A stretch of 64,000 bases of DNA from an uncultured cyanobacterium (GTDB taxonomy: Bacteria; Cyanobacteriota; Cyanobacteriia; Cyanobacteriales; Microcystaceae): NCBI GenBank assembly GCA_963807635.1, contig CAWEDJ010000105.1:29965-93964 (forward strand), in the 5' to 3' direction. A program made the translations under genes and the position numbers. The notes below the pieces were generated by a model. That model searched no databases, had not been told where the DNA came from, and worked only from the letters and a program-made list of their open reading frames with translations. Below, piece after piece: positions 10,298 to 21,733 of the stretch; position 1 is the stretch's first letter, and the number at the start of each line of letters is the position of its first letter.

Positions 10298-10420
10298 ATC
10301 CCCCCTAACCCTCCAACTTTGGGGGGAATCAGAATCTAAGTGATTCGGTTAAGTAGATATTGCAAATTCTAAACAGTTCTTTTCTTTAAGTCCCCCAGCA
10401 TTGGGGGATTTAGGGGGCGG
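10298..10420. repeat. Cyanobacterial palindromic REP/MITE-like element
   Basis: cccccctaaccctccaactttggggggaa ... tcccccagcattgggggatttaggggg nested inverted repeats. Confidence 0.6.
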
Positions 10421-10465
10421 AAAATAAACAAAAGCTCACAAATTAATTACATTAGAGAGAAAATT

Positions 10466-10867
10466 ATGCCTGATATTGTCGATATTGCTGTTAGTAACGA
10501 AGGATTTTCTACCCTAGTTACCGCCGTTAAAGCTGCCAACTTAGTCGAAACTTTAAAAAGCCCTGGCCCCTTTACCGTTTTCGCGCCGACCGATGATGCA
10601 TTTGCCAAACTTCCCCCTGGAACGATTACTACGTTGGTACAAAATATTCCTCAATTAACGCGTATTTTGTGTTATCACGTTGTCCCAGGCAAGTTAATGA
10701 AAGCGGATTTAGAAAAATTATCATCTGTAAACTCTGTGGAAGGTTCCCCAATTTCTTTAGATTTTACCGAAGCTTTTGAAGTCAAAAATGCCACTGTTAT
10801 CGCGGCAGATATTGAAGCGGATAATGGGGTCATTCATGTTATTGATAACGTCATTTTAATGGGATGA
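10466..10867 (+). CDS. cupS: Fasciclin-domain protein CupS
   Basis: [23 protein letters not shown]; directly after cupA. Confidence 0.9.
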   Translation: MPDIVDIAVSNEGFSTLVTAVKAANLVETLKSPGPFTVFAPTDDAFAKLPPGTITTLVQNIPQLTRILCYHVVPGKLMKADLEKLSSVNSVEGSPISLDFTEAFEVKNATVIAADIEADNGVIHVIDNVILMG

Positions 10868-10978
10868 TCGATATTGACAGTGTGTTGTAATTAAATCCCC
10901 TGTGGATTAAGGACAGAATATGTTATGTCCCTACAAAAAAATTATCTGCTATTATAATGCAATTGAATTTAACTGTTA

Positions 10979-12583
10979 TTAGCATTTTTTTAATTGACTC
11001 AATAAAATAATAATAGAGTCGATCGCCTTCCTTAAAATAGGGGAAGATTGTTCACTGTTATTCACTAAAATACTAAATACTAAGGGTTCAAAATTGGGAT
11101 TATCTAAATAACCTGAAAGGGTAGAAGATCCCGATAAAGTTCCTGTTTTAGCTTTTAACTTACCTGCCACAGCCGTATCTTGAAAACGATTACTTAAGGT
11201 TCCTTTTTCAGCCGCGATCGCTAAAGATTTTCGGTAACTTTCTGCGTGAAGAGATTGGGCCATTGCGGTTAATAATTGAACAAAGATTTCAGGAGAAACT
11301 AAATTTTGTCGAGACAAACCCGAACCATCTTTTAATAGATAACCATTCGGGTCTAGCCCCAGGGATTGAAGAATATTTTTTAAACTATCCAGAGAATCAG
11401 ATTTTTCTTTAATTAAATTTAATAACGCCTCTGCATATAAATTATTACTTTCTTGATTGGTTTCCGTAATTAATTCTTGAATAGTCGGTGAAGAAATTTC
11501 TAGGAGTAATTTATCTTGGCTGTTAAGAGAAATATTACTCACCATTTCTAGTTGATCAACTTGGATTCCTACTTCCGTTAAAACTTGTTGAAAGGATTCG
11601 GCAAAATAACGAACAGGATCGGGAATGGCGATCGCCGAAACATCGGGTTCGGATGAAATACTTAATTCACCTTCTAAAACGAGGACAGATTTCCCTAGAA
11701 TGCCTTTAATTGATAGGGCTTGGGAAGGATTCCCCGCTACGGTACGAGTTTGATTAATGACTTGCCATTGTTTCCCCGCGATCGCATCAGACCAGACAAC
11801 TTTTAGCGGTTGCCCAATCCGTTGGGGAGATAGGGTTAAATTAACAGCATTTTGATTGAGAATTAACTGATTAATGGCAGGGGCATAATAAAAATGAATA
11901 TCTTCCCATTCCCAGGTTGGCTTCAAATAGTTCTGAGGAAGGGTATGATCTTCCAGAATTAATTTTGCAACTTGTTTAATTCCTTGGGATTTGAGCGTAT
12001 TTGCAACGGTTTTTAATTGCTCAATCGTTAGACTCGGATCACCTTTTCCAATGAGACTTAAACGACTTAATCTAGGGCTATTTCCCTGATAATAAATAGG
12101 GGTTTTAATCTGATAGTTTTCACCCAATTTAACTAAAGCGGCTGCTGTTGTTAAGAGTTTTGTATTAGAAGCAGGTATCAAAAATTGATTTTCATTATGC
12201 CCATAAAGAGTTATTGGTTTTTCTAGGGTTTTAATTAAAATTCCCCAATGAGCTTTTTGCAGTTTAGAATCAGTCATTAAACTATCAATTTTTTGGGGCA
12301 AATCTACAGGACAAATTGTGTTAGTTGCTTGATCGATATCTGTAGATGAATTTTGCGCGATCGCGATCGGTAAATTCTGACTCGTTGCAATTTGAACAGG
12401 AATCAATAACTCAAAAAGAATCAGTAGTATAGAAAAAATAGGGTTGATACTCGACAATGACTTCCAACATTTGTTACTATATTTCATAGGATAATGATAT
12501 AAAGTCATAAATTTTATCTTCAAAAATATGACGTAAAAAAAATCTTTTGGTTTCAAATTCAGAAAATTACGACAAATCACCAC
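10979..12583 (-). CDS. dacB: D-alanyl-D-alanine carboxypeptidase/endopeptidase (PBP4, peptidase S13); true start probably downstream of 12583
   Basis: PASNTK, SNN, DGSGLSR, KTGT motifs. Confidence 0.9.
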   Translation of the reverse strand: MVICRNFLNLKPKDFFYVIFLKIKFMTLYHYPMKYSNKCWKSLSSINPIFSILLILFELLIPVQIATSQNLPIAIAQNSSTDIDQATNTICPVDLPQKIDSLMTDSKLQKAHWGILIKTLEKPITLYGHNENQFLIPASNTKLLTTAAALVKLGENYQIKTPIYYQGNSPRLSRLSLIGKGDPSLTIEQLKTVANTLKSQGIKQVAKLILEDHTLPQNYLKPTWEWEDIHFYYAPAINQLILNQNAVNLTLSPQRIGQPLKVVWSDAIAGKQWQVINQTRTVAGNPSQALSIKGILGKSVLVLEGELSISSEPDVSAIAIPDPVRYFAESFQQVLTEVGIQVDQLEMVSNISLNSQDKLLLEISSPTIQELITETNQESNNLYAEALLNLIKEKSDSLDSLKNILQSLGLDPNGYLLKDGSGLSRQNLVSPEIFVQLLTAMAQSLHAESYRKSLAIAAEKGTLSNRFQDTAVAGKLKAKTGTLSGSSTLSGYLDNPNFEPLVFSILVNNSEQSSPILRKAIDSIIILLSQLKKC

Positions 12584-12599
12584 AAAAAAGAGGTAGTAA

Positions 12600-13955
12600 G
12601 TGAGTTACGATTTTGATTTATTTGTGATCGGTGGCGGTTCAGGAGGAATTGCTACAGCCAGACGAGCGGCGGAATATGGTGCGAAGGTGGGACTCGCAGA
12701 AAATGACCGATTAGGCGGAACCTGTGTCAATCGGGGTTGTGTTCCCAAGAAATTGTTAGTTTATGCGTCTCGTTTTGTGGATCATTTCAAAGAAGCGGAA
12801 GGATACGGTTGGAGTCCTATTCAAAGTCAATGTGATTGGAAAAAATTAATTACAGCAGTTAATCAGGAAGTTGATCGTTTAAATGGGATTTATCAACGAA
12901 TGTTAGATACTTCTCAGGTTAAAATTTTTCCAGAATTTGCGCGTTTTCTTGATCCCCATACCCTACAAGTGGGAGAGCAACAAATTACTGCTGATAAAGT
13001 TCTAATTGCCGTTGGTGGCTATCCCGTTAGACCGCCCATTCCTGGGATTGAACACGCGATTCTTTCTGATGATCTTTTTAATTTGCAGGAACAGCCGAAA
13101 CATTTCGTCGTTTTAGGGGGTGGATATATTGGCGTAGAATTTGCTTGTTTGATGAATAAATTGGGTTCTAAAGTAACGCAAATTATTCGACAGGATAAAA
13201 TTCTACGGGGCTTTGAGGAAGATCTACGGACGGAAATTCAAGAGTCCATGATTAAGCACGGAATTAATATTATTAATAATAATCAATTAATTGGCATTAC
13301 TAAGGGAGAAGAAGGGCTTTCTATCCAACTCAAGAATAAAGCGGGAGAAGATCATATTATGAGCGTGGATGCTCTCACTTTGGCGGCCTTGGGAAGAAAG
13401 GCAAAATTAGAAAATCTAGGGCTAGAAAATACTGCTGTTGAAGTTAAGAATGATACCATTATGGTGGATAAATATAGTCACACTGCCGAGCCTAATATTT
13501 TTTCCGTTGGTGATTGTACAGATCGCATTAATTTAACCCCCGTTGCCATTAATGAAGGTCGTGCTTTAGCGGATACGGAATTTGGTGGGAAGTCTCGAAT
13601 AATGAGCCATGAAAATGTTCCTTCTGCGGTGTTTAGTACCCCTGAAGCCGCTACGGTGGGATTGACAGAAATTGAAGCTAAGGAGAAGTTTGGAGAAGAA
13701 AACATTCAGATTTTTCGCAGTAAATTCCGCTCTATGTATTACACCTTACCTAATCTGGATGAAAAGACCTTAATGAAATTAGTGGTTCACGCAGAAACCA
13801 ATAAAGTGTTAGGGGCGCACATGGTAGGGGATTACGCAGGAGAAATTATTCAAGGAGTCGCGATCGCGGTCAAAATGGGGGCGACTAAAGCGGATTTTGA
13901 TGCAACGGTGGGGATTCATCCGACCTCGGCAGAAGAATTTGTGACCATGCGTTAG
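12600..13955 (+). CDS. gor: Glutathione-disulfide reductase
   Basis: GGGSGG, GGTCVNRGCVPKK, HPTSAEEFVTMR. Confidence 0.95.
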   Translation: MSYDFDLFVIGGGSGGIATARRAAEYGAKVGLAENDRLGGTCVNRGCVPKKLLVYASRFVDHFKEAEGYGWSPIQSQCDWKKLITAVNQEVDRLNGIYQRMLDTSQVKIFPEFARFLDPHTLQVGEQQITADKVLIAVGGYPVRPPIPGIEHAILSDDLFNLQEQPKHFVVLGGGYIGVEFACLMNKLGSKVTQIIRQDKILRGFEEDLRTEIQESMIKHGINIINNNQLIGITKGEEGLSIQLKNKAGEDHIMSVDALTLAALGRKAKLENLGLENTAVEVKNDTIMVDKYSHTAEPNIFSVGDCTDRINLTPVAINEGRALADTEFGGKSRIMSHENVPSAVFSTPEAATVGLTEIEAKEKFGEENIQIFRSKFRSMYYTLPNLDEKTLMKLVVHAETNKVLGAHMVGDYAGEIIQGVAIAVKMGATKADFDATVGIHPTSAEEFVTMR

Positions 13956-14086
13956 TTTGATGATTTGGAGGAACTATCTAAAAAAATTTCTCCAGATCTT
14001 CATTTTGTTCTATAGCAGACTACTGAGATAGGAGATAATCTGTATATTGGTTTGCGTTCACTCTTTGTGAGTAGTCAATTTATAGA

Positions 14087-15477
14087 ATGGTCAATCTAAC
14101 CCCGAATCCCAGCTACAGTGTTAATCTCCGCATTGAATTACCCAATCGCTCAGGGACACTTGCCAATGTTACCAACGCGATCGCCTCTGAGGGAGGGAGT
14201 TTCGGACAAATTTCTCTCATCGAAAGTACGCTTAAAATTACCCAACGAGAAATCACCGTTAATGCCTCTAGCGCAGAACACGCCGAAAGAATTGTCGATG
14301 CGGTCAAAGCCTTAGAAGACGTTAAATTAATCAGTGTTTCTGACCGTACCTTTGATTTGCACAAAAATGGGAAAATTACCGTCGAAAGTCGGATTCCCAT
14401 CACCTCTCAAGCGGATTTGGCAATGGCCTATCCCCAGGGGTCGGTCGAATTTGTCGCGCGATCGCCGATGATCCCGATCTGGTTTATTCCCTCACCATTA
14501 AAGGAAATACGGTGGCGGTTGTGACCGATGGCAGTGCCGTTTTAGGATTAGGGAATTTGGGGCAAGAGGCCGCTTTGCCCGTGATGGAAGGAAAAGCCAT
14601 GCTATTTAAGCAATTTGCAGGAATTGATGCCTTTCCTATTTGTTTAGACACCCAGGACACGGAAGAAATCATCAAAGCGGTGAAACAAATCGCACCCGTT
14701 TTTGGTGGCGTTAACCTGGAAGATATTGCGGCTCCGCGTTGCTTTGAGATCGAAGCCCGTTTGCGCCAAGAATTAAAAATTCCCGTTTTCCATGATGATC
14801 AACACGGAACGGCGATCGTCACCTTAGCCGCTTTAATTAATGCGCTGAAACTGGTGAATAAATCCTTTGATTCCGTCCGAATCGTGATTAATGGGGCAGG
14901 GGCGGCAGGATTAGCGATCGCCTCTTTATTGCAAAAAGCAGGAGCGGCGACCATCTGGGTTTGTGACTCTAAAGGGATTCTTTCTAAAAATCGGACTGAT
15001 TTGAATTCTCAAAAATTAGCCTATGCCGTCAGTGCAACAGGAACCTTAGCCGATGCGATGGAAGGAGCCGACATCTTTTTGGGAGTTAGTGCGCCTGGCG
15101 TTGTCTCACGAGAAATGGTGAAATCGATGGCAAAAAATCCCATTGTCTTTGCGATGGCTAATCCGATTCCCGAAATTCAACCTGAACTGATCATTCATGA
15201 TGTGGCAGTGATGGCAACGGGGCGCAGTGATTATCCTAATCAAATCAATAACGTTTTGGCGTTTCCTGGGGTCTTTCGTGGAGCCTTGGACTGTCGAGCC
15301 AGGACAATTACCGATAATATGTATTTAGAAGCGGCTAAAGCGATCGCCTCTCTGGTTTCGATTCATCAACTCGACAAGGAACATATTGTCCCCTCGGTCT
15401 TTGATCCCAGGGTATCCAGTGCGGTGGCGGGTGCCGTTCAACACGCGGCTCGTACCGAAGGCATCGCGGCCCAATAA
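14087..15477 (+). CDS. ACT-domain NAD(P)-dependent malic enzyme (apparent frameshift near 14432)
   Basis: N-terminal ACT domain, then DLAMAY[T]PGV, VTDGSAVLGLGNLG, FHDDQHGTA, GAGAAG. Confidence 0.9.
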
Positions 15478-15515
15478 TCTCTCATAGCGGCAATTGAATT
15501 GTCACTCTAGATACC

Positions 15516-16310
15516 ATGAAGGGGAAAGACGACCAAGTTAGAAAAAAACGATCTTCTGTTCGTTCTTTCGACGAAATTCCAGAAGTATTGCGGGATAGCC
15601 CCTCGGTAACGCCCGCACCTAGCAATAACTTTCCTCTCATGGTCACTGCTGGGTTAATGGGTTTAGGACTCTTGGCTTTATTAGGGGTTTTTCTGATTTG
15701 GAGACCCTTTTCACCGTCTGTCGAGACTCCTAACGCGATCGCGTCTCCCGATCAACCCAAGCCAACGGTTTCCCCTTCGGCTCCAGAAGTCGATAATGTT
15801 TTGGGTCATTTACCCTATAAAGAAGCTCCTGCGGCTGAATTAAAGGCAATTACACCCGATGGTAGGATCAAGCTCCGTCAAGCGGCGGCAAATCAATTTT
15901 TACAGATGCAGAGGGATGCGAGGGCGAGTGGGGTAATTTTAGTTCCTATTTCGGGTTTTCGTGGCATTCAAGAACAAAATTATCTCTTTTTTGGGGTCAA
16001 ACAACAGCGATCGCAGGATGCCCGCAAACGAGCCGAAGTTAGTGCGCCGCCTGGCTATAGTGAACACCATACGGGTTATGCCTTTGATGTGGGAGATGGG
16101 AAAAACCCAGGAGCTAATTTAAAACAAAGTTTTGATCAAACGGCGGCATTTAATTGGCTAGAAAAGAACGCCCCTAAATATAGTTTTGAAATGTCTTTTA
16201 CGAAAGATAATCCCCAGGGAGTTAGTTACGAACCTTGGCATTGGCGGTATGTCGGCGATCGCCAAAGTTTAGAAATGTTCTATAAAGCGAGAAATCTGCG
16301 TGAGCAATAA
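15516..16310 (+). CDS. M15 family D-Ala-D-Ala carboxypeptidase (VanY-like)
   Basis: SGFR, PPGYSEHHTGYAFD, EPWHWRY; N-terminal TM helix. Confidence 0.9.
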   Translation: MKGKDDQVRKKRSSVRSFDEIPEVLRDSPSVTPAPSNNFPLMVTAGLMGLGLLALLGVFLIWRPFSPSVETPNAIASPDQPKPTVSPSAPEVDNVLGHLPYKEAPAAELKAITPDGRIKLRQAAANQFLQMQRDARASGVILVPISGFRGIQEQNYLFFGVKQQRSQDARKRAEVSAPPGYSEHHTGYAFDVGDGKNPGANLKQSFDQTAAFNWLEKNAPKYSFEMSFTKDNPQGVSYEPWHWRYVGDRQSLEMFYKARNLREQ

Positions 16311-17241
16311 AACCCATCATCACGATCACCACCACGATCACGGCCACCATCATCACCATCACGCCCCCAGCAATTACAATCGCGCTTTTTTAATTGGATT
16401 GATTCTGAATGTCGCGATCGTCGTGTTACAGGTCGTTTTCGGTTTGCTCAGTAATTCTTTGGCCTTATTAGCCGATGCGGGTCACAATTTAAGTGATGTT
16501 TTGGGTTTAGTCATTGCCTGGGTTGCGAGTTGGTTAGTGAGTCGTCGTCCCACTGCTCGCTATACCTACGGTTTAAGGCGTTCTTCGATTTTGGCGGCGT
16601 TGCTCAATGCTTGTTTAATCATGATTGTGTTGGGCGCGATCGCCGTTGAAGCCATCCACCGTTTCCAAAATCCTACCGAACTCAAGGAAGGAGTCGTCAT
16701 TATCGTCGCCGCGATCGGAATGGTTTTTAATGGATTCACCGCTTGGTTATTTGCCGCCGACCACCAAAAAGACTTGAATATCAAAGGCGTATTTCTGCAC
16801 ATGATTACCGATGCGCTGGTTTCTTTGGGGGTTGTTTTGGGGGCAGTAGGAATCCTGGTAACGGGTTGGGTCTGGCTCGATCCGCTAATGAGTTTAATTA
16901 TCACCGTTTTAATTTTCTTTGGAACCTGGGATTTATTAAAAGATTCGATGAATTTATTACTCGATGCTGTCCCGAACAATATTGAAATAAAAGCTGTTCA
17001 AACCTATCTAGAAGAATTACCAGGAGTTTTAGGTATTCACGATTTACATATTTGGGCCATGAGTACCACTGAAAACGCTTTAACGACTCATTTAATTGTT
17101 TCCGACCATCCCTTAGATGATAGTTTTTTATTAAAAATTAATCAGGGATTACAGGATAATTTTGGGATTGAGCATACAACTATTCAATTAGAAAATGCCA
17201 GTAGTTCGTTAAATTGCAATGACAAAAAATGTTATTTTTAA
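16300..17241 (+). CDS. Cation diffusion facilitator (CzcD/ZitB-like)
   Basis: His-rich N-terminus, SLALLADAGHNLSD, HMITD, HDLHIW, HTTIQLE. Confidence 0.92.
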   Translation: MSNKTHHHDHHHDHGHHHHHHAPSNYNRAFLIGLILNVAIVVLQVVFGLLSNSLALLADAGHNLSDVLGLVIAWVASWLVSRRPTARYTYGLRRSSILAALLNACLIMIVLGAIAVEAIHRFQNPTELKEGVVIIVAAIGMVFNGFTAWLFAADHQKDLNIKGVFLHMITDALVSLGVVLGAVGILVTGWVWLDPLMSLIITVLIFFGTWDLLKDSMNLLLDAVPNNIEIKAVQTYLEELPGVLGIHDLHIWAMSTTENALTTHLIVSDHPLDDSFLLKINQGLQDNFGIEHTTIQLENASSSLNCNDKKCYF

Positions 17242-17309
17242 AATAAAGAGTTTTTTGAATACCCATTCAATCTGCTATCAAAAGTAAAACAACAGCAGAC
17301 TCTGCGGTT

Positions 17310-17561
17310 TTATTCCCTTTCTACGCTACCAAAAAAGATAGGTTCCACCCGAATGGCGACAATACTAGCAGGACGAACAACCATATATTCACCCTGAATA
17401 TTTTTGATGGGAACGGTGATAAATTCTTCCGAGTCGAACTTGGGAACAACCTCGTTACTGTACCACTTCTGAAATTCTTGAATAGTCATAAAACGCACCT
17501 CTTCTCGATGTCCACTCTTGAGAAAAAGATGAATTGCATATTCGTCGGCTTTTCTGGGCAT
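17310..17561 (-). CDS. Small hypothetical protein
   Basis: 83-aa ORF with ATG start and plausible globular composition, divergent from ndhR. Confidence 0.7.
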   Translation of the reverse strand: MPRKADEYAIHLFLKSGHREEVRFMTIQEFQKWYSNEVVPKFDSEEFITVPIKNIQGEYMVVRPASIVAIRVEPIFFGSVERE

Positions 17562-17746
17562 AGTTAATCTCGATAATATCCATAGTTCTCTGCTAATAAT
17601 TATGACGGATTAGGGGGACAAGTTAAAATGTTGCAGTACGATTTATCCCAAACTTGACTAACCTCAAAAAAGAGTAAATTTAACCGAACGCTCCTGCTCT
17701 TAGGACTTTTTACGCGATCGCCTAGAAAGACTTTGCAAAAATTAAA

Positions 17747-17806
17747 TTGTCAAAACATTGATTATGATCTATGATTTTAGGATAAATGCCAAGCTCTAGT
17801 CTATGG
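17747..17806 (+). promoter_or_regulatory. ndhR promoter (TTGTCA-N17-TATGAT) with candidate autoregulatory ATTG-N8-CTAT site
   Basis: Same layout as the ndhF3 promoter, with two TCTATG motifs 31-32 bp apart. Confidence 0.55.
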
Positions 17807-17854
17807 CAATTTTTTTTGTTTTTTGTGATCGACCCATCGTTAGGAAGCAAAACC

Positions 17855-18784
17855 TTGATTCAAGCGACCCTACACCAGTTAAAAGTTTTTGAAGCAACCG
17901 CCCGTCATGGGAGTTTTACTCGTGCCGCCGAAGAATTATTTATTACCCAACCCACCGTATCCAGTCAAATCAAGCAACTCTCTAAGGCAGTGGGTTTGCC
18001 GTTATTTGAACAAATTGGCAAGCGTCTTTTTCTTACCAATGCAGGGCAAGAGCTATTAGAAACCTGTCAAGATATTTTTAGTCGGTTAGAGAATTTTGAA
18101 ATGAAGGTGGCGGATTTTAAGGGGACGAAACAAGGCTCTTTACGATTAGCGGTTATTACCACTGCAAAATATTTTATTCCTCGAATTTTGGGTTCTTTCT
18201 GTCAACAATACCCAGGCATTGATGTTTCTTTAAAAGTCACTAATCATCAGCAAATCCAAGCTCGGATGCAAGAGAATAAAGACGATCTCTATATTATTAG
18301 TAATCCCCCCGAAGAACTGGATCTAAACTCCCAAGCCTTTTTAGACAATCCTTTAGTCGTGATTAGCCGCCGCGATCATCCCCTCGTTGGACTTAAAAAA
18401 ATTCCCATTGAACGATTAAATAATGAAGCTTTTATTGTGAGAGAAAAGGGATCGGGAACTCGTCAAGCCGTACAAACGTTATTTAATGAAAATAATGTTA
18501 ACGTTCATGTTCGTTTGGAACTCGGCAGTAATGAGGCCATTAAACAGGCGATCGCAGGAGGAATGGGCATTTCCGTTCTTTCTGAACATACCCTAACCTC
18601 TGAAGGTCATCAAAGTGAATTAAGCATATTAGATGTAGAGCATTTCCCGATCAAACGACGTTGGTATGTGGCCTATTTAGGGGGAAAACAACTATCAGTG
18701 ATTGCTCAAACTTTTTTAGAATATTTATTAGAAGAAAGTAAAAAAATTCCCATCTCTTGTACTAACTCAACTAAGAGAAATTAG
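17855..18784 (+). CDS. ndhR: LysR-type regulator NdhR/CcmR
   Basis: QATLHQLKVFEATARHGSFTRAAEELFITQPTVSSQIKQL... closely resembles Synechocystis NdhR as I recall it; likely TTG start at 17855. Confidence 0.88.
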   Translation: MIQATLHQLKVFEATARHGSFTRAAEELFITQPTVSSQIKQLSKAVGLPLFEQIGKRLFLTNAGQELLETCQDIFSRLENFEMKVADFKGTKQGSLRLAVITTAKYFIPRILGSFCQQYPGIDVSLKVTNHQQIQARMQENKDDLYIISNPPEELDLNSQAFLDNPLVVISRRDHPLVGLKKIPIERLNNEAFIVREKGSGTRQAVQTLFNENNVNVHVRLELGSNEAIKQAIAGGMGISVLSEHTLTSEGHQSELSILDVEHFPIKRRWYVAYLGGKQLSVIAQTFLEYLLEESKKIPISCTNSTKRN

Positions 18785-18798
18785 TCTTAGTTTCCTAC

Positions 18799-18828
18799 TA
18801 GGGGCGTAGGGGTTACGCCCTTTTTTTT
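18799..18828 (+). terminator. Hairpin plus U-tract after ndhR
   Basis: gggcgtaggggttacgccc followed by T8. Confidence 0.6.
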
Positions 18829-18848
18829 GCTACTCAAAGTCGATATTT

Positions 18849-19667
18849 TTAGTTATTTTTTCCAGTCGAAAAATCGAGAACAGGATAATCTTCCTGGCGA
18901 TAAAAATGGGTCATATCCGTAAATTGACGAAGTTCGATTTTAGGAATCTGAAGAAATTCGGGATCGACTTCTAACCAATGATCATTTAATTTTCCAAGGG
19001 TTTGGGTGCATTCTTCTCGGTCTAAATCGGCGGGAATTTCACCGAAATAGCCCAGGGTGATATGGGCAGTAAAATTGTATTGCTGTTCAATGCCAAGACC
19101 AATTAAGACTGGATTTTGGTACAGCGATCGCCGTAATTCGAGAATCGGTAAATAATCAGCTTCCTGTTGGGGGACAAGTACCACCGCGATCGCACGGGGG
19201 AAAATGCCAAACCCCAAGACTTGCCATTGAATCGTCCCGTCCTCCAAACCCGTCGGTTGATAGGCGGCAAAGGTCTCTCGAACGCAGTCCTTTAATTGTT
19301 GCTCAAATTGGGGATTTTCCGCGATCGCAGCTTTATATTGACTATCCCAAATCAAATCTGCAACGGTGAGGTGGAAACTCTCTGGAGGCAAGGGAATCAA
19401 AAATTCGCCAAACGCCTCGATCAATTTAGCTTGAGCTTTAATTAAACCTTGATAAAGCTTTTCATTGTCGGGGTCTTCACTACTGGGCGGGGTAATGATG
19501 CTATACCCAGGAAACGCGATCGGATTCCCTTCCTGAAATTTAGGAGACGCTTGAATATGGGGCAGTTGCGTTTGATAGGTAGCAGGTAAAGTCAGTCGAG
19601 CAACCCGATTGACATAAATTTGATAGGTATCGTCCAAAAGAGTTCCCTCCGAAGCCAAAACAAACAA
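18849..19667 (-). CDS. DUF1868-like 2H phosphoesterase superfamily protein
   Basis: Two HxT motifs (FHLTV, AHITL). Confidence 0.75.
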   Translation of the reverse strand: MFVLASEGTLLDDTYQIYVNRVARLTLPATYQTQLPHIQASPKFQEGNPIAFPGYSIITPPSSEDPDNEKLYQGLIKAQAKLIEAFGEFLIPLPPESFHLTVADLIWDSQYKAAIAENPQFEQQLKDCVRETFAAYQPTGLEDGTIQWQVLGFGIFPRAIAVVLVPQQEADYLPILELRRSLYQNPVLIGLGIEQQYNFTAHITLGYFGEIPADLDREECTQTLGKLNDHWLEVDPEFLQIPKIELRQFTDMTHFYRQEDYPVLDFSTGKNN

Positions 19668-19964
19668 AATAGCCTTTTATGTTAGTTTACTGGTTTTAGG
19701 CAATAACTTTATCTTCCCTCCTCCTGAATCTGATCCCCCAAAGCCAAGTGTCCCGTACAGTTGCTTTTTGAACAAAAAAAATTTCCCTCCTCAACCAAGC
19801 TATTATGTTGAAAAATGACTCATTTCTCTTGTATTTTCCTGTTTAATGACGCAATATAATTTTAAACCGACAATCAATCCGTAAAAGCCCGTCGCGATCG
19901 CCCAGAAAAGCTTAAACCATCTAAACAAGTTTTATTTGACCTAATTATTGATATTTGAATAAAA

Positions 19965-20808
19965 ATGACCCAGAATAACTCAAAGATTACTCCATCCAGA
20001 ACCATCGGAACTTACCTCTTGCTCGGCGGAATCGCGCTCATCATGCTTTTTCCCCTGTTTTGGCTCCTCAGCACCAGCCTAAAATCCCCCACAGAAGACA
20101 TTTTTGGTGCGCCCCTTCAAATCTTCCCCACTCAGCCGACCTTGGCAAATTTCCTTTCCGTTTGGCAAAATTATCCCTTTGGCCGCTATTTGCTTAACAG
20201 TACGATTGTTGCCAGCTTAACGGTAGGATTTAACCTACTTTTCTGCGCCCTGGCCGCCTATCCCTTGGCCCGTCTCAATTTTAGAGGGAGGGATCTTTTA
20301 CTCGCCCTGATTGTGGCAACTTTGATGATTCCTTTCCAGATCGTTATGATTCCCCTCTATATTCTCACTGTCCAATTTGGATTGCGAAATACCTATCTAG
20401 GCGTGATTTTTCCTGGTCTGGCTTCAGCATTTGGCATTTTTCTGCTGAGACAAGCGTTTCAAGGAGTACCAAAGGAATTAGAAGAAGCTGCCCGTATTGA
20501 TGGCTGTACGGAATTAGGCATTTGGTGGCATATTATGATTCCTGCCGTTCGTCCTGCCTTGGCGACTTTAGCGATTTTTGTTTTTATCGGAGCCTGGAGT
20601 GATTTCTTCGTGGCCCTTGATTGTGCTGGATCAACCCGATTATTTTACCCTGCCCCTCGGTGTTGCGAAATTAGCCAGTGCCTTAGATTTTGATTGGCGT
20701 TTGATTGCGGCGGGGTCTATGATTTCTATTACGCCAATTATCTTACTATTTGTCTTTTTACAACGCTATATTATCCCGACGGAAGCAGGAAGCGGTGTTA
20801 AGGGATGA
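19965..20808 (+). CDS. Carbohydrate ABC transporter permease (apparent frameshift near 20606)
   Basis: EAA loop (ELEEAARIDG); C-terminus WPLIVLDQPDYFTLPLG lies in a second frame. Confidence 0.88.
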
Positions 20809-20879
20809 TTACAATTTCCCCAGGATCTGCCATCTTTGGTAGGATCAATGATCAAGACTTCATTTTTATTTAACTCACT

Positions 20880-21401
20880 ATGCCGCGATCGCAACGTAAC
20901 GATAACTTTATAGATAAAAGCTTTACCGTCATGGCAGATATCCTCCTGAAGATGATGCCGACCAATCGTAGAGCAAAAGAAGCCTTTGTATATTATCGAG
21001 ATGGAATGTCAGCCCAAGCAGAAGGGGAATATGCCGAAGCCCTGGAAAATTACGAAGAAGCTCTGACCCTAGAAGACAATCCTAATGATCGGGGTTACAT
21101 TCTCTATAATATTGGTCTGATTCATGCCAGTAACGGTGAGTATGAAAAAGCCTTAAGTTACTATCACGAAGCGATTAATGTGAATCCCCAAATGCCTTCT
21201 GCTTTGAATAATATTGCGGTGATTTATCACTATCAAGGAGATAAAGCCAGGGAAGCAGGACAGGAAAACGAAGCAGAAGATCTGTTTGACCGAGCGGCGG
21301 AATATTGGAAACAGGCCATCCGTTTTGCGCCAAATAATTATATAGAAGCCCAAAATTGGCTTAAGATTACAGGACGTTCTGAAATGGATGTCTTTTTCTA
21401 A
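20880..21401 (+). CDS. ycf3: Photosystem I assembly protein Ycf3
   Basis: [15 protein letters not shown]...[14 protein letters not shown]. Confidence 0.97.
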   Translation: MPRSQRNDNFIDKSFTVMADILLKMMPTNRRAKEAFVYYRDGMSAQAEGEYAEALENYEEALTLEDNPNDRGYILYNIGLIHASNGEYEKALSYYHEAINVNPQMPSALNNIAVIYHYQGDKAREAGQENEAEDLFDRAAEYWKQAIRFAPNNYIEAQNWLKITGRSEMDVFF

Positions 21402-21477
21402 ATCACAAAAATTTTTATTGTCTTCTAAATCCCTCAATTCTAAGAGATTTTCAATTAATTATTCCCCCCAAGGTTAA

Positions 21478-21652
21478 CTACTGTGTACACATACCTCTTT
21501 ACCTCTCTAGACGTTTGATCCCCCTGCCTACGGCATCCCCCTTAAAAAGGGGGATTCTTCTTACTGAGAGGAATTTAGCCCCCCTTATCAAGGGGGATAG
21601 GGGGGATCAAAACTTAAAAATTTAGATAGAAAGCTTTGTGTGTACGCGGCAG
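21478..21652. mobile_element. 175-bp MITE with IS4-family (IS50-like) ends, copy 1
   Basis: Ends CTACTGTGTACAC / GTGTACGCGGCAG; degenerate 10-bp flanks CCAAGGTTAA / TCAAGGTTAG; inverted homolog at 42356-42530. Confidence 0.8.
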
Positions 21653-21733
21653 TCAAGGTTAGGGGGAAAAGGAATGAAAACATCTCCTAAAATCAGCAAC
21701 GCCCCAAAATTTACGTCAATCAAAAAAAATAGA

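Noticed and set aside
18849..19667. 2H phosphoesterase as a CBASS signal-degrading partner
   Set aside because: It lies 15 kb from the CD-NTase among core genes with host-like composition; nothing in the sequence links them.
21638..21733. N-terminal extension of GatC, and the ORF at 42518-42730
   Set aside because: Both begin inside MITE ends; they are spurious extensions or ORFs.
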